Shown: piece by piece, positions 18,643 through 26,617 of the stretch
Layout of the letters: each line of letters opens with the position of its first letter
Position numbering within the stretch: position 1 is the first letter of the stretch
DNA from: a virus
Lineage: Duplodnaviria; Caudoviricetes
Virus record (IMG/VR): IMGVR_UViG_3300020034_000012
Span: 1,962-65,961 of that record
Length of the DNA stretch: 64,000 nt
Direction: 5' to 3' (one strand)
Program-made: the position numbers and the translations under genes
The notes under the pieces: generated by a model
The model's input: only the letters and a program-made list of their open reading frames with translations
Told to the model about the DNA's origin: nothing
Databases searched by the model: none

Positions 18643-20125
18643 CTGTCTCTTCCCCTACCGCAACGATGTCTTTGCATGCCTGCCTGATGGCCGCTGCCAT
18701 CCGGTGGCCACGCTCTTCCATGCTCAGATCCAAGCGGCGCATGCGCAGCCGCTCGGGTGCGCTCCACATGCCAAGGATGGGATGGCGCCTTGACCACTCA
18801 ATGATCTCCGCATCGGTGCAGTGCAGCGTGCGCCCGTGCCTCGCCATCCCTTGCAGGTGGCGATACACCTTGCCAGCGTTGCGCCTGAAGTCCCCGGCCT
18901 CTAGCTGCTGTCTGTTAGGGTTCAGCCGGTAGGGCTCGGGTCTGCCACTGTCGATGCAGTCACGCAGCGGGGCATGCTCGATGCCATCGATGATGGCGCC
19001 GCTTGCAGTGCAGTTGGTGATGCGCTTGCGCACGTCTTCAGGCTGGTCTCTAAACCAGTTGGCAAAGCTCAGCATCCCGTGCGTGGTCCATGCCACCCCT
19101 ACTGGCTGGTGGTCTTTAGTCCAGTGACTGTGACCAGGCACTGCGATCACATCCTGCTCAAACTCACCCACCGTGGGCTTCTCTATCAGCGCACGCTTGA
19201 AGATGGGATCGATGGTAACGGTGGTCTCTTCATACGGGCAGCCGCTGGCGTACATGCGTGCGGTCAGTAGCCGGTGGTCAGGCTGCTCAGCCTCTAGCTT
19301 GAAGCTGCAGTCCTGACCCACCAGCAGCACGCGGTCAGCACCAAGCGACAGAGCCATCGACACAGCCGCAGTGGTGCAGCTTGAGCCGTACGCAAGCGGC
19401 AACATGCCCAGCCTCTGCGCATACGGGATGAGATTGGGTTCAGTGTTCACAAAGCACAGCAGCGGGTTCGGTGCGTACAGATTCTCAACGTCAGGCCAGT
19501 TGTCTGGGTGACCGGTCATGTCCATGGCGAAGTGACTAGAGCTATGGTTCATCCGCGCGATGCCTTCCACCACGGGCTTACTCTCAGTGCAGACCACCAC
19601 GTCCGGATGCACGTCCCCTTGAGCGCACGCACCAGCGGACGTGTTGACTGCGATGATGGGTCCGCGGTGCAGGCGCACTAGCGCAGTGCTCTGTTCAAGC
19701 GACACGCCAGCGCCCACGATGATGCAGGTCTGCCCCGTCATGTGCGTCAGCCCTTGACGCAGGTCCCGCATGCGCTCATCCGCAAGCATCACGCGCTTGA
19801 GGTTCCGCACGAAGTTCGTGCCCTGCCGCGCACCAATCGCTTCCACCGTGTGCTGGTTCAGGCGCGCCTGCTTGTAGTGCGCGCTGACCAGTTCCACGAT
19901 CGCCTGCGTCTGCGGCCAGCTCCGATAGTCAGGCTGCACGAACACTGTGCAGGTGGTGGAGTCATACTTGACCGTGTCATTGAGGAACGCCAGCGCCTGC
20001 GCATACCACTGCGCGCGCTCCTCTGGATGCAGATGCAGACGCATCGCGGTGGGTCCGCTCATCGCATCATGGCAGCCAATCAGGATGAACCGCTCTGCAC
20101 TATGCGGGTCCACCTTCATCCGCAA
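18614..20125 (-). CDS. Maf/DUF115 (MptE-like, motility-associated glycosyltransferase-like) protein
   Basis: NFVRNL, CIIVGAGVSL, IIAVNTS, PDVVV, GSSCTTAAVSMALSLGADRVLLVGQDCSF, ITNCTASGAIIDG. Confidence 0.8.
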   Translation of the reverse strand: MRMKVDPHSAERFILIGCHDAMSGPTAMRLHLHPEERAQWYAQALAFLNDTVKYDSTTCTVFVQPDYRSWPQTQAIVELVSAHYKQARLNQHTVEAIGARQGTNFVRNLKRVMLADERMRDLRQGLTHMTGQTCIIVGAGVSLEQSTALVRLHRGPIIAVNTSAGACAQGDVHPDVVVCTESKPVVEGIARMNHSSSHFAMDMTGHPDNWPDVENLYAPNPLLCFVNTEPNLIPYAQRLGMLPLAYGSSCTTAAVSMALSLGADRVLLVGQDCSFKLEAEQPDHRLLTARMYASGCPYEETTVTIDPIFKRALIEKPTVGEFEQDVIAVPGHSHWTKDHQPVGVAWTTHGMLSFANWFRDQPEDVRKRITNCTASGAIIDGIEHAPLRDCIDSGRPEPYRLNPNRQQLEAGDFRRNAGKVYRHLQGMARHGRTLHCTDAEIIEWSRRHPILGMWSAPERLRMRRLDLSMEERGHRMAAAIRQACKDIVAVGEETDGRANQPES

Positions 20126-20352
20126 CGCACCCAGACCCAGTCATATGCATCCAGCTCAAACGCGATATGCCAATCGTGCGGCATGCCGTAGGTGCGTTCA
20201 ATCGTGAACAGTGCGCGGTCCTTATCCCAGACCAGCACATCACGCGCGTTGACTTCCAACTGCCGCGCATCGCTGTCCGTGCTGCTGCTGCGGCGAAAGT
20301 GCGCAGTCTCGCCATCCGTCATCAGCGGCAGCAGCTCAATCAGCTTGCTCAT
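20116..20352 (-). CDS. Hypothetical protein
   Basis: Tiles the operon. Confidence 0.5.
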   Translation of the reverse strand: MSKLIELLPLMTDGETAHFRRSSSTDSDARQLEVNARDVLVWDKDRALFTIERTYGMPHDWHIAFELDAYDWVWVRCG

Positions 20353-20554
20353 CGGTTAGTCCCTACGATGACCTTGCCTGCACGCTCGCCACTCAAGCTG
20401 ACCCCGGTCACTCGGAACTGCACCACGTGCAAACAAGGTCATCGTTTCCACTGGTAGGTCCCTGGTTCCATCAGCAGGTGCGATGGCGGTGCGTGACCCG
20501 GGTCATTGCATGGCGTGGTGCCATACGGCGGAAGGTCCTCTAGCTTGGTGAGTG

Positions 20555-20824
20555 TCATTCGATTTCAATCCCTAGGTTCCTGCAGTTGTCTTGCACGCTC
20601 TTCACTAGCTCTGCTTGCATGTCTTCCACGATGATGCGGTGCGCCTTCGCCAGCACGACACATTGACCGGTTGCCCACGCCTGACGCGTGCGCGCTTGCA
20701 GTTCCTTCCACGTTGGCATGGTCGCACCCGTGTCGCGCAGCGCCTGTGCATACGCTTCGTAGGCATCGCGTGCCACGTCATCGATGCTGTCCCATCGGCG
20801 CACCTTCTTCAGTTGCTTGCTCAT
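20555..20824 (-). CDS. Hypothetical protein
   Basis: AYEAY..MPTWKEL..QAW. Confidence 0.6.
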   Translation of the reverse strand: MSKQLKKVRRWDSIDDVARDAYEAYAQALRDTGATMPTWKELQARTRQAWATGQCVVLAKAHRIIVEDMQAELVKSVQDNCRNLGIEIE

Positions 20825-21233
20825 CCTGCTTACCTATCTCGACTGCGAGTGCTGCCATCACTTGAATGTCTGCAAGCACACCCGCTGCATTGCAATAGGC
20901 TTCGTACTTGCCTTGCGCATAGCCGCGCCAGAAGGCAGCCGTGACGTCAGTCACTGGATGTTCAATGGGCGCCACGTTATCGAACGCTGCGCTTAGGTAC
21001 GTGGCGCAAGCACGGTGCACCGCATCGAGTATCACCCCGCGGTAGCGCTCCATCGCCATCAGCTCAGCGCGGATGGCGCGCCCTAGCTCGACGTCAATCG
21101 GTTCATCTGAACCCATGATGAACTTGGCCAGCAGCGTGGGGTTGATGCGATCTGTGACGGGGTCACGGAACCCGTAGAGATAGAGTGCAGGCTGCGGCTC
21201 TGTGTCCGGGTCCGGGTCAGTGCTTGGTTCCAT
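20778..21233 (-). CDS. Hypothetical protein
   Basis: Tiles the operon. Confidence 0.55.
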   Translation of the reverse strand: MEPSTDPDPDTEPQPALYLYGFRDPVTDRINPTLLAKFIMGSDEPIDVELGRAIRAELMAMERYRGVILDAVHRACATYLSAAFDNVAPIEHPVTDVTAAFWRGYAQGKYEAYCNAAGVLADIQVMAALAVEIGKQDEQATEEGAPMGQHR

Positions 21234-21513
21234 GCGTGGCCCTCATCAAGCGGCCTAGCTCACGTGCTTCAGCATAGGCGCTGGCGTTCTGCGTTCCGTA
21301 CTCTTCAGCCATCGCAGTCACACGCTGGCTGACCACCCCGATATCTTCATCGCAGGCAGCGCTGCGCAGTGCGAGCGTGCGCGCCACGAACGTTTCCATG
21401 TAGAGGTTCGGCAGACCCTTGGCCATCAGCCCCTTCAGGATCTGCTGCATGCATTCGACAAACAGCGCATCAAAGCTCTCTCTGTCCACGTCCGCAATGT
21501 TATCGGCTGCCAT
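21217..21513 (-). CDS. Hypothetical protein
   Basis: Tiles the operon. Confidence 0.55.
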   Translation of the reverse strand: MAADNIADVDRESFDALFVECMQQILKGLMAKGLPNLYMETFVARTLALRSAACDEDIGVVSQRVTAMAEEYGTQNASAYAEARELGRLMRATHGTKH

Positions 21514-21826
21514 CGGGGGGACCCTTGCCGCCTATGCCTTGCTCGATGGGCGCAAGTAGGTGCGCCACAAACTGCTTGGTTTGTGAGTGGCGACTGAGCG
21601 CAATCAAGTCAGCGTAGGTCAGGTGACGTCTGTCATCGTTGACATTGAACGAATCATAGACGTGGGATATCGCGCGCCCAGTCACGTTAGCAATGCGCTC
21701 ATACGTAGTGCCACTCTCACTGCGGCAACGTTGCATGAACCGCTTGGCTTCTAGTTTGGTTTCAGTTCGCTGCGGGATGCGCAGCTGCCCATTCGGACTT
21801 GGCAACCCGTCAGTCAGTCTGCTCAT
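21500..21826 (-). CDS. Putative HTH regulator (CII-like)
   Basis: TYERIANVTGRAISHVYDSFN..HLTYADLIAL. Confidence 0.5.
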   Translation of the reverse strand: MSRLTDGLPSPNGQLRIPQRTETKLEAKRFMQRCRSESGTTYERIANVTGRAISHVYDSFNVNDDRRHLTYADLIALSRHSQTKQFVAHLLAPIEQGIGGKGPPDGSR

Positions 21827-22042
21827 ACGCATTACCTCCATCGAACAGCACCACATCAAACGCGTGTGCCGCTCGAAGTCGTGCACACAGACTATCGCCG
21901 CACCGCTCGAATAGCCCAGACACTGCTGCCTCAAAGTCCCGTTCACGCAGCGCTGAAGGCAGATGCACATCAGGCTCTGAGTCCAGCGCGCCCACCACAT
22001 CCGACGCGGACCACGGGAAGTTGCGTGACCCAGTGCTGCTAC

Positions 22043-22801
22043 TCATCGCTCTTCCCCTGCTGCGGTAAGCAAACTCTGCTGCACTGGCTTCGGTTGCTCA
22101 TCTCCGAATCGCATCACGGGTGTGTAGCCACGCGCAATACGCGCTTGCGCTTTGGCATACGTGACCGGGTCCATCTCCGCTCCGATGGCGCGCCGTCCCT
22201 CGATTGCTGCAGCCAATAGGGTGGTGGCACCCCCCGCACACGGATCGCAGATGAGATCCCCGGGGCGTGAGTAGTCCCGCACCAGGTGCCGCATCAAGGC
22301 CAGTGGCTTGCCACCGATGTGGCTGCCCGGTTCGCGCAGCGCATTGTACCAACACGGCAGAGAACCCCACGAAGCGAAGGCCTTTGATCGTGGCCGCGCT
22401 ACCAGCAAGTACACGGCACCGCTTCCCGGACCATCGCCACCCAGCCGGGGACGATGGGTCAGCACGGGGACAGGTGCGAAGTCAGCGCGTCCAGCTGCCA
22501 CATACGCATCGCGGTACGGGGTAATCAGATCATCACTGGTCATGCAGACCATCCAGCTGCGGGTGCGCTGCGCCCAGTGTGCCACGAACGAAGCGACATC
22601 ATCCGCAGTCCAGCGCGCATAGCTCAGGTCAGTACGCTCAAAGCGCGTATCCATCTCTGCGTTGCCATCGTGCGTGCGCTGCCCATACGGCGGGTCCGTA
22701 ATCAACGCATCGCACTCGACGTCAGCCAGCACGTCTTGCCACTGGCCGCACCGCAGCTCTATCGCACTGCCGTTGTCATTGGCTGCGGTGGTCACGTCCA
22801 C
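22043..22801 (-). CDS. DNA amino-methyltransferase (N6-A/N4-C, beta class)
   Basis: Catalytic TDPPY before H..GKP and SAM-binding DPCAGGATT, AIGAE. Confidence 0.92.
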   Translation of the reverse strand: MDVTTAANDNGSAIELRCGQWQDVLADVECDALITDPPYGQRTHDGNAEMDTRFERTDLSYARWTADDVASFVAHWAQRTRSWMVCMTSDDLITPYRDAYVAAGRADFAPVPVLTHRPRLGGDGPGSGAVYLLVARPRSKAFASWGSLPCWYNALREPGSHIGGKPLALMRHLVRDYSRPGDLICDPCAGGATTLLAAAIEGRRAIGAEMDPVTYAKAQARIARGYTPVMRFGDEQPKPVQQSLLTAAGEER

Positions 22802-23058
22802 CCTTGCAGCTTCTTCAGCGCGTTACGACAAAGGTGGATAGCGCAGCGGATGGCTGCTGCCTTGCCTTCTTCCACCGTGTCCGCCGTCCCGTTCTCCCAA
22901 TCGTCCTGCCAATGGCATTGCCAGAAGACATCACCACCATGCATGTCTGACTTGCCCACGCTCAGGCTGAATGGCGGGACGTCCGCAACCCAACCGTGTT
23001 CATCATCGTCCGGCTTCCACACGATGGGAGTGGACCATCGCAGTTGCGGGTCGGTCAT
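22792..23058 (-). CDS. Hypothetical Trp-rich protein
   Basis: ATGA overlap; ADTVEEGKAAA. Confidence 0.55.
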   Translation of the reverse strand: MTDPQLRWSTPIVWKPDDDEHGWVADVPPFSLSVGKSDMHGGDVFWQCHWQDDWENGTADTVEEGKAAAIRCAIHLCRNALKKLQGWT

Positions 23059-23140
23059 GCGTTCCCCCTTACGAACCCTGCCAGCAGCAGAGCCATCAGC
23101 ATCAGCAGCACGAACATCACAACGTTGCGATCGATGCTGG

Positions 23141-23407
23141 TCATGGCTCGCCTTCCAGTTGCTTGAGCCTTGCGCACGCAGGCTCTGGATCCACTGCGAC
23201 CCAGCGTCCTTCCACATCTTGCATTGCGTGACAGAGCACACCCCACGTCATGCACGACGCATCGCGCAGCGTGTCCCGTGTTGCACCTGCCTCAGTCACC
23301 CTGCCGCACGCGCCGCAGACCCAGCGCTGGTCTGGCCCTGCCTTCTCATTCCAGTTGCTCATGACTTCCCCCGCCACAGCGCGGCTGCACGCTCGATGCC
23401 TGGCCAC
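23141..23407 (-). CDS. Cys-containing hypothetical protein
   Basis: WVCGACG..DASCMTWGVLC. Confidence 0.55.
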   Translation of the reverse strand: MARHRACSRAVAGEVMSNWNEKAGPDQRWVCGACGRVTEAGATRDTLRDASCMTWGVLCHAMQDVEGRWVAVDPEPACARLKQLEGEP

Positions 23408-23661
23408 GGGTCACAGCTCTTAGGCCGATGACTCGCCGCAATGATGCCTGCCACCTGCGTGCGTTTGGTCACCCTGCCCATGCGCTTGGACCTACGAAGC
23501 GCACGGTGCGCTGCATCCACCAGCCGTTCACCCGGCTGCTTGAGCAGTGCATCGCAGCATGTCTCCCAATCATAGAGCTGCTTACCGAACACACCCGGGG
23601 TGGAGCTGTCTTCCCCGCAATCGAGCAAGCGCACTGACCTGCGTTCCAATCGAGTGGACAT
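23359..23661 (-). CDS. Hypothetical protein
   Basis: Coupled at both ends. Confidence 0.5.
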   Translation of the reverse strand: MSTRLERRSVRLLDCGEDSSTPGVFGKQLYDWETCCDALLKQPGERLVDAAHRALRRSKRMGRVTKRTQVAGIIAASHRPKSCDPWPGIERAAALWRGKS

Positions 23662-23993
23662 CAGTAGTCCCCCGATGCACCGCCACCACCGCCATCACCA
23701 CCGCCCCCACTGAAGTCACCACCGCCCCCACTGCCGCCGCTATCGTATGAGCTGCCGCCGCTATCGCTACTGCCCACGCTTGTAACTTCATCGTTGCCAA
23801 TCACCACCGCGCTGAACGCATCTGCTGCAGCGCGTTCCTGCTGGGCGGTGGGCGCTGGCCGCTCGGACTTGATCGGTCCGTAACCGTGGCGGCAGTTGTA
23901 GCAAAGATCACTGCGGTTCAATGACCACTCGGGTCGTGACACCTTGCGCACGCACTTCTTACATACGAAGTCTGTCCAGCCTGGCGTTGTCAT
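23661..23993 (-). CDS. Zn-finger protein with Gly/Ser-rich tail
   Basis: CKKC..CYNC; ends GGGDFSGGGGDGGGGGASGDY. Confidence 0.7.
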   Translation of the reverse strand: MTTPGWTDFVCKKCVRKVSRPEWSLNRSDLCYNCRHGYGPIKSERPAPTAQQERAAADAFSAVVIGNDEVTSVGSSDSGGSSYDSGGSGGGGDFSGGGGDGGGGGASGDY

Positions 23994-24277
23994 GGTTGCA
24001 CCGGGGTCCCTGTTTCTACTGCGTTTAGTTCTGCGTCCGCCTTAGCGCGTTCACGCAGGGTCATGTTGTTGATGTGCAAGCGTGCGCGCCTGCACATGCT
24101 CTCTGCATCGCTGAGCATCGCATCGCATTGCCGCTCTTCACCCACTGCACGCAGCTGATAGGCGGAGTCGCATAGCGCATAGACAACATCGTTCCACACG
24201 CCGAAAGCAACCCGGATGGATTCGTATCCGCTCTGCTCTTCAGTCAGCTCAAGCATGAAGTTCCTGCTTGCGCTCAT
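23990..24277 (-). CDS. Hypothetical protein
   Basis: ATGA overlap. Confidence 0.5.
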   Translation of the reverse strand: MSASRNFMLELTEEQSGYESIRVAFGVWNDVVYALCDSAYQLRAVGEERQCDAMLSDAESMCRRARLHINNMTLRERAKADAELNAVETGTPVQP

Positions 24278-24398
24278 CGTCCACCCCGCATCAGCGCCCA
24301 CAGCTTGTGCGTCATGATGGATAGCGTGGCTGTGGTCATCACCACCGCGATGACTGCAACTGCATGCGCCGCATCGATGTAGTCCTGATGACGTGGCT

Positions 24399-25325
24399 TC
24401 ATGCTGCCACCCGAAGCTTGATGGGTAGTGCTGCGCCCACTTCACCAGAGCGCACAGCCCAGCTGCCAATGCAGATGGCGGTAGCTCTGTCTTGCTCGAT
24501 GGTCTGCGCGTCTGCGTCTTCCACGCCAATCTTCTTCAGCTGGATAACAGCCCAGTCCCGTTCGAAATCTGCGTGAGTCTTGCCCCTGCCCAGTGTCTTC
24601 TTCAGGCCACCACCCCACAGCTGGCCGCGCCAGCGGGATGGGACCACGGACACACGGCGAGTCTTCAAGCCACCCGCTGCACTCCATGCCTCAAGCCATG
24701 CCTGCCGCGCTTGCCCTAGCGCGATGAGCGTGGATGCACCACGCCCCGGATACACGAAGCCTGCCGCACTCTCAGTCACCAGCACCGCGGGACGATCGTA
24801 TGCATGCACCAGCTTGCATACATGGATGAGGCTATCGCGCTGGTCCTTCTTCGCTTCCCCCGATGAGCGCAGCTCACCATCCACCCAGATGGACCAGCCG
24901 CTATTGTTCGCTGTGTCCACCGCAAGCAGCGCGCATCGCCATGGCTGCAGCACTGCATCGGGCTTCGGCTTCTTCGGTCTGCCCATCGGGCGCGATGCTA
25001 GGCGGGTGCGTTGCCGCTCGAGTTGCGCCGCTAGCCGCTCGGCTTTCTTACTGACCGCGGTTGCACGTGGCTCTGCTTGCAAGCGGCCAGCTAGGTACAG
25101 CTCTTCAGCAGTCACACCGTTCAGGTCACGCCGATTGTAGGGACCGATGAGAACGATCACCCCTTCGGTCAGCACGTCATGGACCTTCCAGGTCTGCCCC
25201 TGAAAGAGCCACGTCTGACCTTTGCGGATGAGCGGCTGCCCGTTGTCATTCGCTGGCTGGTTCACGCATGCATCGGTGTGCGGATACTGACCGCACACGC
25301 ACGCGCCCGTTCCCTCTGTGCTCAT
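24399..25325 (-). CDS. RuvC-like Holliday junction resolvase with N-terminal extension
   Basis: LLAVDTANNSGWSIW, VLVTES, VVPSRWR, DRATAICIG: RNase H-fold acidic residues in RuvC order. Confidence 0.75.
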   Translation of the reverse strand: MSTEGTGACVCGQYPHTDACVNQPANDNGQPLIRKGQTWLFQGQTWKVHDVLTEGVIVLIGPYNRRDLNGVTAEELYLAGRLQAEPRATAVSKKAERLAAQLERQRTRLASRPMGRPKKPKPDAVLQPWRCALLAVDTANNSGWSIWVDGELRSSGEAKKDQRDSLIHVCKLVHAYDRPAVLVTESAAGFVYPGRGASTLIALGQARQAWLEAWSAAGGLKTRRVSVVPSRWRGQLWGGGLKKTLGRGKTHADFERDWAVIQLKKIGVEDADAQTIEQDRATAICIGSWAVRSGEVGAALPIKLRVAA

Positions 25326-25762
25326 GAGATCCCCATCAACCGCTTGGCTGCCAGCCGCTCTTCACGCCGCAGCTGTGCGACGCATGCAGTGCAGCCGCGC
25401 ACTCTGACCTTGCTGCTTCCCCAGTCGCTGGACTGGAAGGTCCGGGTGCGGCCACCGCAATAGAGGCCGGTGCACTTGGCCACCACCTGAAACCCACCGT
25501 TAGCCGTAACGTCTGTGATGCGGGTGACTTCGTACAGCCCACGGCGGGGTGCCATGTCCTCTGGCCTATGCCGCGCAACCGGACCCTGCTTGGTGGGCTT
25601 CGGCTTCGCCACCGGGTGCAGCTTGAACTTGCCTTCGGTGGAGCGGCGCATCCCGTCCCGCTGAAACCATGGCTCAAGGATCCAGGTGTCCCGTGAAAAA
25701 CGGTTGGGTCCCAACTCAACTGCGACACTTCGGTAGTGGTACTGCTGCACCCGCTTACCCAT
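25322..25762 (-). CDS. Basic Cys-containing hypothetical protein
   Basis: AKC..CGG..GCTAC; ATGA overlap. Confidence 0.55.
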   Translation of the reverse strand: MGKRVQQYHYRSVAVELGPNRFSRDTWILEPWFQRDGMRRSTEGKFKLHPVAKPKPTKQGPVARHRPEDMAPRRGLYEVTRITDVTANGGFQVVAKCTGLYCGGRTRTFQSSDWGSSKVRVRGCTACVAQLRREERLAAKRLMGIS

Positions 25763-25770
25763 CGCTTGTC

Positions 25771-26286
25771 TCACCCTTCCAGACGCACCCACTGCAGGGT
25801 CACGCCCAGCTGCTTGAAGACTTCCCCGATCGTCCACTGCGCTACGTCATGCGGGTGCGGCGCCACCATCCCGCCTACCGCTTCCGCCCAGTCGAGTGAC
25901 CAGCTGGGTTCGCCCACCTTGCGCGCCCACCACGCATCCAGTTGCGGCGCGTAAGCACGGCCAAGCGCCGCAGCTTGAGCCATGCGCCCTAGCTCCTTGC
26001 CGCTGAACGCAACCGTCCCGCTGACCAGCGCCTGCGCGTAGACAGTGCGGCTGGTGGTGATCACAAACTCAAGGCCACCCGCCACGCAGCCAAGCGTGGT
26101 GGCCAGGTTCATCGTGGCCAGCAGGTAGGCAGGACAGGCCAGCACGTCAGCGCCTTCCACAGGCGCGCCAACTTCCACAGGCTCGGATGCCACGGCCTCT
26201 GGTTCGAGCGGCAGGGGCGCAGGCGCAGGCTCTGCAACGGGGGCTTCAGGTCCCTCTGCTACCAGGCTGCTGGGTCTGCGGGTCAT
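25771..26286 (-). CDS. Hypothetical protein
   Basis: 171 aa after origin-like region. Confidence 0.6.
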   Translation of the reverse strand: MTRRPSSLVAEGPEAPVAEPAPAPLPLEPEAVASEPVEVGAPVEGADVLACPAYLLATMNLATTLGCVAGGLEFVITTSRTVYAQALVSGTVAFSGKELGRMAQAAALGRAYAPQLDAWWARKVGEPSWSLDWAEAVGGMVAPHPHDVAQWTIGEVFKQLGVTLQWVRLEG

Positions 26287-26289
26287 GCC

Positions 26290-26617
26290 ACCCCCCTGTG
26301 AAACACTCTCTGTTTCCCGTGAAACAGTCTCAGGTGTAACGGTGTAAGACCTGTGTAATCTAACGACCTTACTATTGTTGTATGATTACGGATACTTTCA
26401 GTATCGATTACACTCGTACACGGCTTACACGAAAAACAGAGTGACCTAGGAGTCGTTTTTGTTTTTGCTGCTCGGACGATCTGCCGTGCGCAAATACCAA
26501 AACCATTCCTAGGTATCTCCAAAGTCTGTGTAAGTAGTGTAAAGCGTGTAAGGTCCACGGGATCGTTAGACAAACCCGTGTACGGGCTTGTGTAAACCCA
26601 TGTAACAACCGACCTGT
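26290..26617. repeat. Candidate replication origin with GTGTAA iterons
   Basis: AT-richer than flanks; GTGTAA at 26334, 26342, 26353, 26528, 26537, 26546, 26590; inverted TTACAC at 26408 and 26425; directly after the primase gene. Confidence 0.7.

Noticed and set aside
22454-23431. 325-aa plus-strand ORF and similar long antisense ORFs
   Set aside because: High-GC shadows of well-tiled, coupled genes on the other strand
24399-25325. TnpB/Cas12-like RNA-guided nuclease
   Set aside because: Compact contiguous RuvC motifs, no TnpB-type Zn finger in the domain, and no adjacent non-coding space for a guide RNA
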